A stretch of DNA of 63,219 bases, counting the filler, from Corallochytrium limacisporum Hawaii (taxonomy: Eukaryota; Protista; Pluriformea), in the NCBI GenBank assembly GCA_002811645.1. It is 5 parts of 5 records of this genome, joined end to end, with 100 filler letters (N's around TTAATTAATTAA, not from the genome) between each part and the next. Parts side by side here need not be neighbours in the genome. Positions count along the whole stretch, not along the records: positions 30,973 to 48,689 come from PDIP01000176.1; positions 48,790 to 60,908 come from PDIP01000148.1; 3 more parts are not named here. One strand, written 5' to 3'. The notes under the pieces are model-generated. The model did no database searches, had not been told where the DNA came from, and was given only the letters and a program-made list of their open reading frames with translations. The position numbers were made by a program, and so were the translations under genes. Positions 44,853 through 55,264 of this stretch are shown piece by piece (positions within the stretch are counted from its first letter, which is position 1; every line of letters starts with the position of its first letter).

Positions 44853-45593
44853 TCAACGACGGCGGCTGTTGTTTTCCCGACGACGGCGGTCATTGTTCTC
44901 ACTGTTGCGAGCCAGAATAATGGCCAAGCGGATAAAGATTGCGACAACATCAGCAAACAGATCAATGGCATGCATGATGTTATCCATATCTCCCAGCTTT
45001 GCCCGTTCGATGATCATCTGCGTATCGTAAGCAACGAAAAAGCTAAACACCACCAAACCACCATACAACTGTCCGAGCAGGAGCCACTCGGATCCAATGA
45101 ACATGTTGAACAAACCCATAAAGAAAAGCATGTTGAGTGCCGATCCCAAGGTTCCGGCCATGTACAGGTACTCTCGCTTTGTGTTGTACATGGCAGAGAT
45201 AGTGAAGCAGCCAAAGATTGTGGCCGTGCCCAACAGAGCGGTAGTGATGATGGAGGGGTCAAACTCAATAAACGCATAGATCATGGGTCCCAGGCTCATG
45301 CCCTGAATGAAGCCAATACCGTGTAGCACGGCATAGCGAGTGGCGTCCTTGGATGGATCGTTGCGAGTGCTGGCAATGTACATGTAAGAACCAATAATAC
45401 CGATGAGGGACAGGAAACCGAGATTCATGGGCATCAGCCAGGCACCGGCAGCAGCTGCGAAACACATTGTCAAGACGTTAGTGTACACAGCCTGCAGGTG
45501 GTTGCGGACGGGCTTTGACAAGGGACTTGTGTCGGTCAGGCCCTGCATGCTGAAAGGGGTGCCAAAGGGCAAATTATCCATGTACGCAGACAT
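44853..45593 (-). CDS. TMBIM6: Bax inhibitor-1
   Basis: VRNHLQAVY, ALLGTATIFGCFTISA, REYLYMAG, YDTQMIIERA..GDMD...HAIDLFAD; basic tail. Confidence 0.95.
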   Translation of the reverse strand: MSAYMDNLPFGTPFSMQGLTDTSPLSKPVRNHLQAVYTNVLTMCFAAAAGAWLMPMNLGFLSLIGIIGSYMYIASTRNDPSKDATRYAVLHGIGFIQGMSLGPMIYAFIEFDPSIITTALLGTATIFGCFTISAMYNTKREYLYMAGTLGSALNMLFFMGLFNMFIGSEWLLLGQLYGGLVVFSFFVAYDTQMIIERAKLGDMDNIMHAIDLFADVVAIFIRLAIILARNSENNDRRRRENNSRRR

Positions 45594-47577
45594 GATTATT
45601 GTTGAATGTATACTCCCGTGGTATAAATATCCCAAAAAAGGAATTCAAACTTGGAAACACGGGCGCCCAACCCGCAATTGCTGCTATTGCACACAGGCCT
45701 GAAATACCTGAGCAAATAACAAGCCGAAATCCATTCAGCCTGCCTGCGCCAGTGGGTCCCAATGTTTTGCTTCACTGCGCAGCCACAAGGTCTCATCAGT
45801 TGCGAATGATGGGAGCCAAGATTTGGGAACGTGCAGCGAAGCACATAAAAACCAAGGACAGTCAAATCCAGCGGGCTGACCATCGAAACCACCTCACGGA
45901 CCACCTCTCCTTCTGAAGACCAGGACGACCGCACCCCCTCCCCTCCCCCCACCCGCCCAATAAACACAGGCCAAGTAGTAAAACACCAAGCGAATGCGCT
46001 TGCCTTAAATTCCCCCCCCNNNNNNNNNNNNNNNNNNNNNNNNNNNNNNNNNNNNNNNNNNNNNNNNNNNNNNNNNNNNNNNNNNNNNNNNNNNNNNNNN
46101 NNNNNNNNNNNNNNNNNNNNNNNNNNNNNNNNNNNNNNNNNNNNNNNNNNNNNNNNNNNNNNNNNNNNNNNNNNNNNNNNNNNNNNNNNNNNNNNNNNNN
46201 NNNNNNNNNNNNNNNNNNNNNNNNNNNNNNNNNNNNNNNNNNNNNNNNNNNNNNNNNNNNNNNNNNNNNNNNNNNNNNNNNNNNNNNNNNNNNNNNNNNN
46301 NNNNNNNGAACACCCGCACTCACCCTCGGGCAAACAAACCGGGAGAGCACCCCCCCCACTGTCAAGTAACAAAACGTAGAAGAATTGAACAGTTCTTTTT
46401 TCTTAAAAAAAATGGTTTAGCATTTTTTTTTGTCTCTTGCGGGGCCAGTCCGAGCCCAAGCTCCGCAAAGGAAAAAAAAACAAGGGACAAACGCCATTTT
46501 CCAATTCCTCGCTGAGTAAACCGCCACACCAAATTTCCCCTCCTTCAACCCCACCCCACTACGATCGATAGTCAAAAGGAACGTTCCGGACACAGAGAGA
46601 GAGAGAGAGAGAGAGGCACAGGGAGAAGAGAGGGCGCAGAGAGAGGGACTAGTGAAGCCCCGCTGCGAGCCCCCCGGGGGGGGGGGGTTGGGGAGCTTTG
46701 GGTGGGGACGGCCGAGGGTGCTGCGAACCCCCCTCTCTTTTTTTTATTGCCCCCTTTTCTTTTCAAGACGGGACATATTGCATTTGGAACTCTCTATAGT
46801 GAATATAGTGGTTAAAACTGCAAATGAGTTTCCCTCCTTCAATGTTAGGGGTTGCCCCGTCTCTGCCAGCGATTTTGCCGGAATGCAGCAGCAGCGGAGC
46901 GGAGGAAGAGGGGAGCGGTGGGTGCCAGTGTGTGTTCTAGAACAACCGTCCGATCCAAAGCCACAAAGGAGCAAAAAAGCAAAAATACCAAAGGGCAGGA
47001 ATTGCAAAAACACTGACCAGCGAGGGAGTGAGACGGTTCCCCCCCTCCCCCGGGGGAAGGGGAGGGAGACCCTAGGGACACCAGCAGCACGGACCGGCCA
47101 AGGTTTTTCTTCGGCGAATAGCGACGTAGACGAACTACGGCCGCGAGGTGGGTGAATATAGTCCGCACCGGTGCGAATCACAGGGCCAGTGAATATGGGT
47201 CATTCACTTTTTGGGAAAGTGGGGACGTGTCTCGTGTTGGTTGGCAGCTGCCCCTTCCAGTGACGCGTCAGTTTCCCCTTTCCCCGTAGGCCGGGTAGAG
47301 CGGGTCCGAAATGGGCTGCGGATAAATCACATATTTGTCGATTCAATAGGGGAGCGGGCCAGACTCGCCGAGTAGATGCGAAGTTGAACGGGGATCTTCA
47401 GGAGAAGGTACGATCCACGCGCTTCAGCGCCTAGATGCTCTGAACGACCAAAGCCAACTTGATCAATGCTAGAGTTAAAGCACAATCGGGTTTTCAAGAA
47501 GAATATGTGTATGCTAATGTATATTTCATAAAGATGTTATGCTATGTGTGGATGTTTGGCCTCTTCCGACACGAGTT

Positions 47578-48216
47578 TCAATGTTTGGCCTCAGGACGTC
47601 CAGCAACACACACCAGGTTGATGCAGTAGCGATTGCCCTTAACGTCAGGCAGGTTATGTCCCAAATGTGTTCCTGCGGTGCTCACGGCCTCACCGTTGGG
47701 GAGGACGCGGAGGTGCTCAGAGACGACCTCCTCGTCGCGGAAAGACGGCCAGCCGTGTTTGCTACTCTCCTTGATGAAGTCATCCCAAGAGCGTCCACGG
47801 GGGGCAATAAAAAGAGGGTTGCCAGTTACAGAATCGTAGAAGGTGACCTCACCGCCTCGAGGTCCCTCTTCTTTCAGGAAATCGGTCTTCTTAAAATATC
47901 CGGCATGCTCAGCGTAGTGCCGATTGAAGCAGCAGATGCGGTCGGCAGTTTCCCAGTCGACATTCCAACGCAGATTCTGCTGGGGAGGCTTCTCTGTAGT
48001 GCCGTGGGCCTTCTTGCTCATGATCTTATCATCGCCCTCGAGGTCCTTGGCGAGTCCAGACTGTACGCGGTTACCCATGATGTTTGTGTTTAGAAAATTA
48101 GAGGAGCTTGTATGTTCAAATATTGATCTGAGTGTGGTATTGTCAACCAACAGATATAGTGTGACTATAGATACTAGGAGTAGTAAACTTTGATATGAAC
48201 CATTGAAAAATCTCAT
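47578..48216 (-). CDS. msrB: MsrB-fold (methionine-R-sulfoxide reductase-like) protein, atypical subfamily
   Basis: HGWPSF, GTHLGH, GNRYCIN (catalytic Cys); N-terminal LRWNVDWETADRICCFNRHYAE. Start at 48216 or 48078 (MGNRV). Confidence 0.85.
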   Translation of the reverse strand: MRFFNGSYQSLLLLVSIVTLYLLVDNTTLRSIFEHTSSSNFLNTNIMGNRVQSGLAKDLEGDDKIMSKKAHGTTEKPPQQNLRWNVDWETADRICCFNRHYAEHAGYFKKTDFLKEEGPRGGEVTFYDSVTGNPLFIAPRGRSWDDFIKESSKHGWPSFRDEEVVSEHLRVLPNGEAVSTAGTHLGHNLPDVKGNRYCINLVCVAGRPEAKH

Positions 48217-48602
48217 TGATGTGTCATGGGAGTGGATGTCCTTAAGTAACTGTTCGTGCACGCAGGCAAGTCCTATGGGATGCTTGTTTGTTCCCAAGCA
48301 AGAGCTGTGGCTCCATGGCCCCACGGACCTGAACAGGCAAGAAAACAAACAGAGCAGCAGGGTGATCCACAATCTGTCAGCTTCCACAGTGCAAGCTCCG
48401 TGTTGCGCATTACACTTGTTGTTTAGTTTCTCGAAGCGCACGATGACTCAGATGGAGCCGCCTTGGTACGCACCGTCGACGCGACCAGGGCGTTGGTGGG
48501 CGATCCCGCCCGTAACTCAGGGGTAGTATGGACCCATGTACGACAGTCCAGGCAAGGGTGTGTGCCCTTTGTGGGGGAAAAGCGGCCTGGGTGTATCAGG
48601 TA

Positions 48603-48689
48603 CCAACCTCTGCCCCATAAGTTAAGGAGGAATCTGCCTAAAAACATGCACCGTAATATAAGGAGGGAGATTCTGATTTTTTCTCCATT
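48603..48689. mobile_element. Opposite-orientation terminus of TA-bounded element, variant F; TA at 48601-48602
   Basis: TA|CCAACCTCTGCCCCATAAGTTAAGG matches 19/25 to the reverse complement of the terminus ending at 48901. ACCGTAATATAAGGAGGGAG resembles variant C's subterminal region. Confidence 0.75.
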
Positions 48690-48789
48690 NNNNNNNNNNN
48701 NNNNNNNNNNNNNNNNNNNNNNNNNNNNNNNNNTTAATTAATTAANNNNNNNNNNNNNNNNNNNNNNNNNNNNNNNNNNNNNNNNNNNN

Positions 48790-48901
48790 AGAGTCGGCTA
48801 CGCTGAGTTTGAACGCGCAAAATGTTTCCCGCCACAGCGGTCGGGATTCGAATGAATTTGATTTGAATAGAGTCGGCCTAATATTATGAGACAGAGGGTG
48901 G
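48790..48901. mobile_element. Terminus of TA-bounded element, variant B; TA at 48902-48903
   Basis: Ends ...CCTAATATTATGAGACAGAGGGTGG|TA (revcomp CCACCCTCTGTCTCATAATATTAGG, Stowaway-like); subterminal GCTGAGTTTGAA-N11-TTTCCCGC. Confidence 0.8.
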
Positions 48902-49320
48902 TACAAAGGACTTTCACGAAATCTAGAAAAAGCACATCGCAATCGTGTAGTATGTAGCCGTACCCTGAAAAAGTCCCTCTACCCTACCTTACCTTTTCTG
49001 GAGTACAAGGTGGGAAAAAGCAAGTGAAAATTAGGCCCCCGCCCCGCGTGTAAAATAGCTTGGCGCGGGTGTGCCACTAACGGCCGGTGCCGGGTGCGCG
49101 GAGAGCTATTTGACACCGCCAGTGTTAGGTTTTCGGGTATTTGCATTTGCACAGCCTCATTATGGGTCGTTGATGAGACTTTAAAAAACCATTGTTCGTT
49201 AGAAATTCATTCTCAAAGGTGAATCTGTGTCTGAGCATGTATTTCATAGGTGAAAGAAGAACGAAGTAAAATGTGAAATACGAAAGCATTTTGACTAGAC
49301 CTCAAAGAAAACCTCCAAAT

Positions 49321-51312
49321 ATGACTGAATCCAAGGATTCAAATGAAACAGAGCCCACTTCAACTACAACAGAAGTGAAAGCGGCGAAGTCGGACCCAAA
49401 ATCGGATGCGAAGGAAGGGAAAGAGAGCACTGAAGATGCGCAGCCGGAAGGTAAGGAAGCCGAGGAGGCGAAGGATGTGAAAGACGATGCCAAAACCGAT
49501 GCAATGAAGACAGACATTTCCCCTGCGAGCAAAAAAGACAAGGATTCCTCTCCGAAGTCGAAGGCTGGTAAGCCTGCCGATGGAAAACCTGTCGTGACCC
49601 AGAAGCGCAATTCTGAGGGCATTCCGGTTTCCACTACTGGATCGAGTACAACAGCTGAAAAATCGGGTGGTGAAACCAAAAAGGAGGACAGACCAAGCTC
49701 GAGCAATGCACAGGCCATAAAAAATAATTTCCTATCTCGCCATTGCTACCGGCCGAGGAAGAAACCGAAATTGACAGCAACCAGTCTGCAGCGACCGGTT
49801 CAGCATCTCTTTTCTGAAGACAAGTGCTGGTGGGAAAGTGGCGAAGCAGTGACTGTCGATGGAACAATTGACATCCTAACATCACCGAAGTCAACATACG
49901 TAAATGGTGCCACTCAGCCCAGGAACACTGGAGACTTGTATACTGCGGGTGCGATGTTTCGTAGCGATAACTCGTACGTCGAGCAGCGGATAGAGACCTT
50001 GTTGGAGAATCTTAGCACAAACAGAGGCAGAGATCTCTCGAAGCTGGATCACGACGGTGTGGACAGGAGCAAGTGGAATTCAGTGCAAAAGCTAGTATAT
50101 GACAAGACCTGTTCTGTGATCAACGCCTACCGGCAAGCTATGCTGGTAAGCAAGAGCGCTAAGGGGGAACTATTTCGCTTACAGCAGCAACAAAAGATGT
50201 GCGCTGAAAAGCTGCGACAGTTGTATTCCGAGTTGTTATGGGATACTGTGACACTGCGGTGGTTGTCAGTCGCTTTGGCCGACAATCTGGGAAAGGACAT
50301 GCTGATACCATATTTCCAATTACTACGCTGTTTAAACGCCAAATGCCCAAAGCTGGTGGCCAGTACTGGTGCACTGACTCTGGGTCACAGCGAGCGCTTT
50401 AAGCATCATACCGAGCTCCGCGACCTGCTGAAACAGCCTCCACAGCAACTCGACACGATTGAAATTGTTAAGACCATCCCTGGCGTTTCCACTGCTAAGA
50501 ACAGACCCATTTTCCTCTTGTTCTCCGGCAGCACCAGTTGGGAGGCTCCTGGGTATCCCTCAAAACTGCGTCAATATCTCGACCTCTTCGGTGAATGTCG
50601 AATTGTGCGCACTGAACTCGGTAAAGGCGAGCCCATGGTGACTCTGACGGGTGCTACGACAGGACCAAAGAAGGGTAGGGGCACTATCAAGATTGGCCGT
50701 GGGTACTACGACCCGTACGGTCAAGTGGATGTCGGAGCAAGGCATCTAACGGCACAAGAATTTGCGACAGAAAGCAAAGCATTAGCCTCCCATGTGCAAA
50801 CTTTGGTAAAGGGGTCAAAGCGGCCAGTTATTCTCGTGTCGTTCGGCGATGGCAGCCATTTATCACTGCGCGTCGCCGAGTCGGTTCGGGTGGACGGCGC
50901 ACTTTTCTTTGGCCTTTGTCTGCGTCAAGTTGGCCCCTGGCGTCCTGCGCAGGTCGTAGGTGACACTATTCGCTGCCCTGCAGCATACATTGTTGGGTTT
51001 GAGGCAAAGATGAGTCCGTGGCGCAGTGTGCATACATTGCGCCTGGCCAGTTCGACCACTCGTAGCGAGCTTTTGGTTGTGCATGGTACGGGGGATAACC
51101 TATTGCTGCGATCCAAATTCAAGGCCGAACGCAGAGTAGTTCAGGGCATGGCCGATGTCGGCATGATGTCCTTCGTCGGGCGTTGGCTAAAGCTGCTCAC
51201 GCGGAACGCTGAGGGTGGCAACAAGGCCAACACCGGCTCCAAGACCGCAACCGGCAACGCTCCGGAGACTGTCTCTGCGGCATCCGCAGTCGCAACTGGC
51301 AAGGCTAAGTAA
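49321..51312 (+). CDS. KANSL3: KAT8 regulatory NSL complex subunit 3-like (C-terminal alpha/beta-hydrolase-like fold)
   Basis: HCYRP motif, W..VQK.VY, AEKLRQLY..LLWD..TLRWL..AL.D.L....L.PY...L..L..K.PKL block, hydrolase-like C-terminus (RPVILV, ELLVVHGTGDNL). Confidence 0.75.
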   Translation: MTESKDSNETEPTSTTTEVKAAKSDPKSDAKEGKESTEDAQPEGKEAEEAKDVKDDAKTDAMKTDISPASKKDKDSSPKSKAGKPADGKPVVTQKRNSEGIPVSTTGSSTTAEKSGGETKKEDRPSSSNAQAIKNNFLSRHCYRPRKKPKLTATSLQRPVQHLFSEDKCWWESGEAVTVDGTIDILTSPKSTYVNGATQPRNTGDLYTAGAMFRSDNSYVEQRIETLLENLSTNRGRDLSKLDHDGVDRSKWNSVQKLVYDKTCSVINAYRQAMLVSKSAKGELFRLQQQQKMCAEKLRQLYSELLWDTVTLRWLSVALADNLGKDMLIPYFQLLRCLNAKCPKLVASTGALTLGHSERFKHHTELRDLLKQPPQQLDTIEIVKTIPGVSTAKNRPIFLLFSGSTSWEAPGYPSKLRQYLDLFGECRIVRTELGKGEPMVTLTGATTGPKKGRGTIKIGRGYYDPYGQVDVGARHLTAQEFATESKALASHVQTLVKGSKRPVILVSFGDGSHLSLRVAESVRVDGALFFGLCLRQVGPWRPAQVVGDTIRCPAAYIVGFEAKMSPWRSVHTLRLASSTTRSELLVVHGTGDNLLLRSKFKAERRVVQGMADVGMMSFVGRWLKLLTRNAEGGNKANTGSKTATGNAPETVSAASAVATGKAK

Positions 51313-51751
51313 TGAGATATTGATTAAAACGGAATCCAATACCCTAACGTATCCCGCTTTTCCCACCGCCTGCTCCGCCTCGTGCTGAGCAAGTGTTGAA
51401 CAATTTTAGAGCGAGGGGGTGAGACCGCCGAGGGCGGGCGCGAAAACTTCAAAGGCGAGAGGGAGAGGGAAACCCTCCCTGGCTGAAGGGGAGGGAAAGG
51501 GTGAAGCCGGCGCAAGGGGTTTGAGGTATGCGGAGACAATCGATTGATTTGTTGGCGGGCGACGGGTCAATGAACGCACTTGCAAGAGGGTTCTTCGGTT
51601 CATTGGTGAGCAAAAGTCCACAATCTGATGCTAAGGACTTTACAAAGGTACGGAAAAAAGGACAGTGGCAGTGTACTAGAAGTGACACCAGCTGATCGAT
51701 TGTCAAGCGACCACGAGTAAAGAATCAGGGACAGGAATAGCACTGTAAGCC

Positions 51752-52369
51752 ATGCCAGGTTATTCAGATATCGAGTCGCGCACGATCGAAGTGCAGGCGG
51801 CAGGGACTTTGGAAGCAAAACTTGATTGTGTACGGGCAGCCTACACTATCGAGGTCACAAAACCGAAGGTGGAATCTGCGAAGGAATCAGTAGATAAGCG
51901 GGTGAAGTATCTACTGTTTCTTTTGTACGAGAATGGGGTGCGATCGTCACAACGTGAAATCCGGTACTCTGTCAAGCATTTGGACAACAGCTGCTCAGTT
52001 ACCTGCCGTGTGGTCACCACTTTCGAGGAGAATATTCAGGCCTACATCACGGTCACAGAGACCCTAATGGAAAAAATACCTTCTGGGTTGTCTATGTCTG
52101 AACCCGTTTACTTTGTCAGCGATCGACAGCTCGACCACCTTCGGCGTACAGCCACAGTTCAGGCCACCAAAAATGCTCATCTGAAGGCCTGGGACATTGC
52201 ACAGCTACTCCAGCAGAAAGTGTTCCGGCCATTGGTCATTACAGAAGTAAGCAATGGTGGTCTTCAGGAACTCCACGAATTGGGAGAACAGCAGCCGTTC
52301 GAGGCTGTCATGCAGAAACGTCAACTTGTTACAGCTACCGTCACTGCGACGTTTGAATTATCGGATTGA
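51752..52369 (+). CDS. IRAK1BP1: SIMPL-domain protein (IRAK1BP1/DUF541)
   Basis: RTIEVQAAG, AKESVDKRVKY, LRRTATVQATKNAHLKAWDIAQLL...PLVITE, VTATVTATFEL. Confidence 0.85.
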   Translation: MPGYSDIESRTIEVQAAGTLEAKLDCVRAAYTIEVTKPKVESAKESVDKRVKYLLFLLYENGVRSSQREIRYSVKHLDNSCSVTCRVVTTFEENIQAYITVTETLMEKIPSGLSMSEPVYFVSDRQLDHLRRTATVQATKNAHLKAWDIAQLLQQKVFRPLVITEVSNGGLQELHELGEQQPFEAVMQKRQLVTATVTATFELSD

Positions 52370-52518
52370 ATATGACAACATACTAGCAAATAAGTACTAT
52401 CGTATCTGGTGTATGTGAACAGTTTGTTGAAGTTTTGCCAGATGATAACATTTCTTCAGAACGCAGTTTAACTAATCGTCTAATTGTGATTTCAATATCT
52501 TCTTTCAAAATCATTCAG

Positions 52519-52707
52519 GACCAAATCAAGCAAATGATTGATAAGGGCCAAAATGGTATGCTATTCCTCGACTCTTACATGTTCGCCCTCATAAGCACCG
52601 AAATCGGTGGCTTTGCCGTGCTGTCTCTTGGCTGTGCGTGCAGCTACATGGAGCAGGCTGGTTTGGAGAACCCTGTTATGGACTTTGCCAGGGCAACCTT
52701 ATACTAA
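52519..52707 (+). CDS. Candidate small single-TM protein or terminal exon
   Basis: Coding-like DQIKQMIDKGQNGMLFLDSYMFALISTEIGGFAVLSLGCAC...LY*, preceded by CTAAT, a pyrimidine-rich tract and CAG. Confidence 0.35.
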   Translation, partial: DQIKQMIDKGQNGMLFLDSYMFALISTEIGGFAVLSLGCACSYMEQAGLENPVMDFARATLY

Positions 52708-52722
52708 GACAGCGAATCTGGC

Positions 52723-53160
52723 TCACCCAGTACACCCCGTGCATCCACATGTAGTACACTCCACGTCTTGGTGGTCAGCGAGATCCTTTTTGGGAACCCG
52801 GCAGACACATTGTGTTGCAAAGTTTGTCTGCCCCGGATTCATACACTTTAGACAGCACAGCCTGTCATAGCCAGGTTTCTTCCATTTCGCAATGAGGTTG
52901 CGGTCACCAATGTCATTCTCGAGGCACCACTCGTACACCTCTTTGGTAATAAGTTTCCGTTTGTAGTACATGTCATATATGAAACGAGATGTCTGGTAGT
53001 GCACCTTGTAAATGCTCCAAGTGATCTCATTCTTTTTCAGTGTGCTCGTATCTTCCCTTTCAGCCTCGGCCATTCGCCTTTGCAGTTCTCTGACTGTGGG
53101 TTCAATGATCTCGAATCCTTCAGGAGGTTCTCTATGCCATTGTCTCCGTAACCTTGGCAT
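52723..53160 (-). CDS. BUD31: Splicing factor BUD31/G10
   Basis: PPEGFEIIEPT, LIAKWKKPGYDRLCCLKC, CVCRVPK, ECTTCGCTGC. Confidence 0.97.
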   Translation of the reverse strand: MPRLRRQWHREPPEGFEIIEPTVRELQRRMAEAEREDTSTLKKNEITWSIYKVHYQTSRFIYDMYYKRKLITKEVYEWCLENDIGDRNLIAKWKKPGYDRLCCLKCMNPGQTNFATQCVCRVPKKDLADHQDVECTTCGCTGCTG

Positions 53161-54010
53161 GGCGACGTGTAGTATTTCTTCTTTCAAGTCATATCACCCA
53201 GTCTTGTTCATTCCTTTCACTTTGTTGTAGTAAAATGCGTTAGAAAACTGTTGAAAGGGAGAGCTGTATTTGTCTTTTCAACCTTCACAACATCACTCAC
53301 TCGGCGGGCGCCCTACGGGTTCGTCGGGCCCCGGCACATGTGTGCCGGCAGATCAATAACTGGCAGGCTCACAGGTGAACAATGGTATTCCGTCACTCTT
53401 TGGAATAATATCCGGAATGCTATAAATATATGAAGAATTCGGGCTGACGTTATTTTACTCGTTATAAAAATACCGGTAAATTTAATATACTTTCATTCTA
53501 AAATTACGTTTCAGAATGTATTCTCCACCCGAAAGTCTGTGGGTTACTACGCTGGAGTACACTTCTTTCCCATCCTATATAGCACATGGATGGACTCTGG
53601 AGGGACGGGATCATAGTGTCAGTACTGAATTACTGGACCACTTCGAAGAGCTCCAGGCGCATTGAGGCCACAACACCGAAAGGGCAGGCGCCACCCTTCG
53701 AATAAAGGAAGAAAATTGACTTGAACCCGGCGGCGTTGGGTTCTCCGATTGAACACACGAACTGGCTACTGGGAGTGTGTAAATCTGGCCGCGAACTGTT
53801 AGGTACAAGAGAGTTGTCAGCAAGCATACACAGTGAACAGACGTACCTTGACATTTAAGGTCACGAAATTCGGGACGTTTACTGCGACCTCGTGTCTTGA
53901 ATTGTTTTATTCACTGGAAAGAAATAACACAACATTTGAAACTGAATCTGTACATTTGAGCCCATCCTGGAACCCTAATTATTCTACACATATTAACGAA
54001 CGAACAGAAT

Positions 54011-55264
54011 ATGGGTACGAGTGCTGAGAACGGACATTGGAAGGAGAAGCTCAAAGCTCCTCCCAAGGACTTGCGTCCTACGACAGATGATGTCAACCTG
54101 ACCAAGGGTAATGAGTTCGAAGACTATTATCTTCGCCGTGAACTGCAGATGGGTATTTTCGAGAAGGGTTACGAGCGTCCTTCTCCAATTCAGGAAGAGT
54201 CTATTCCTATCACTTTGGCCGGCCGGGACATTCTTGCCCGTGCCAAGAACGGAACTGGTAAGACCGCTGCTTACCTGATTCCCGTACTGGAGAAGCTTGA
54301 TCTCGAACAGTCTCATATTCAGTCCCTGGTCTTGGTACCTACTCGTGAATTGGCTCTGCAGACCTCCCAATTGTGCAAGGAGCTGGGAAGGCATATGGGT
54401 GTTAAGGTTATGGTGACCACTGGTGGTACTGCCCTGAGGGACGACATCCTGCGTCTCAGCCAGGATGTGCATATTCTGGTCGCCACTCCAGGACGTGTAT
54501 TGGATCTGGCAGAAAAAGGTATCGCCAAGCTGGAGAACTGCAAGACTATCGTCTTTGACGAGGCTGACAAGCTGCTGAGTGCTGATTTCCGACCCATGAT
54601 TGACAAGATTATTGGCTTTCTACCCTCCAGTCGCCAGATCCTCTGCTTCTCCGCCACCTTCCCTGTCACTGTCAAGGACTTCCGCTCTCGTTTCATGAAC
54701 AAGCCTTACGAAATTAATCTCATGGACGAGCTAACCCTTAAGGGTGTGACACAATACTATGCGTACGTCGAGGAGAAACAGAAAGTACACTGTTTGAACA
54801 CGCTCTTCAGCAAACTACAGATCAATCAGAGCATTATCTTTTGCAACTCCGTGCAGCGTGTCGAACTTCTGGCACGCAAGATCACGGAATTGGGTTATTC
54901 CTGCTTCTATATTCACGCCAAGATGAACCAGGCGCACCGCAATCGTGTGTTCCATGACTTCCGTCGCGGTGTCTGCCGAAACCTGGTCTGCTCTGATCTT
55001 TTCACTCGGGGTATTGATATCCAGGCTGTGAACGTGGTGATCAACTTCGATTTCCCGAAGAACGCAGAGACTTACCTTCACCGTATCGGTCGTTCCGGAA
55101 GGTATGGTCACCTAGGTCTCGCCATCAACCTTATTACCTACGATGACCGCTTTAACTTGTACCGGATTGAGCAGGAGCTGGGCACTGAAATTAAGCCCAT
55201 CCCTCCCACCATTGATAAGTCATTATACGTCGCGCCGGCAGGTGCTCTGGACGAGGCTCAGTAA
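54011..55264 (+). CDS. DDX6: DEAD-box RNA helicase DDX6/Dhh1
   Basis: [59 protein letters not shown]. Confidence 0.99.
   Translation: MGTSAENGHWKEKLKAPPKDLRPTTDDVNLTKGNEFEDYYLRRELQMGIFEKGYERPSPIQEESIPITLAGRDILARAKNGTGKTAAYLIPVLEKLDLEQSHIQSLVLVPTRELALQTSQLCKELGRHMGVKVMVTTGGTALRDDILRLSQDVHILVATPGRVLDLAEKGIAKLENCKTIVFDEADKLLSADFRPMIDKIIGFLPSSRQILCFSATFPVTVKDFRSRFMNKPYEINLMDELTLKGVTQYYAYVEEKQKVHCLNTLFSKLQINQSIIFCNSVQRVELLARKITELGYSCFYIHAKMNQAHRNRVFHDFRRGVCRNLVCSDLFTRGIDIQAVNVVINFDFPKNAETYLHRIGRSGRYGHLGLAINLITYDDRFNLYRIEQELGTEIKPIPPTIDKSLYVAPAGALDEAQ

Noticed and set aside
53520-53850. Possible RNase P/MRP-like ncRNA between BUD31 and DDX6
   Set aside because: Only a 6-bp potential P4 pairing; other conserved regions not identifiable. 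A cmscan against Rfam would settle it.
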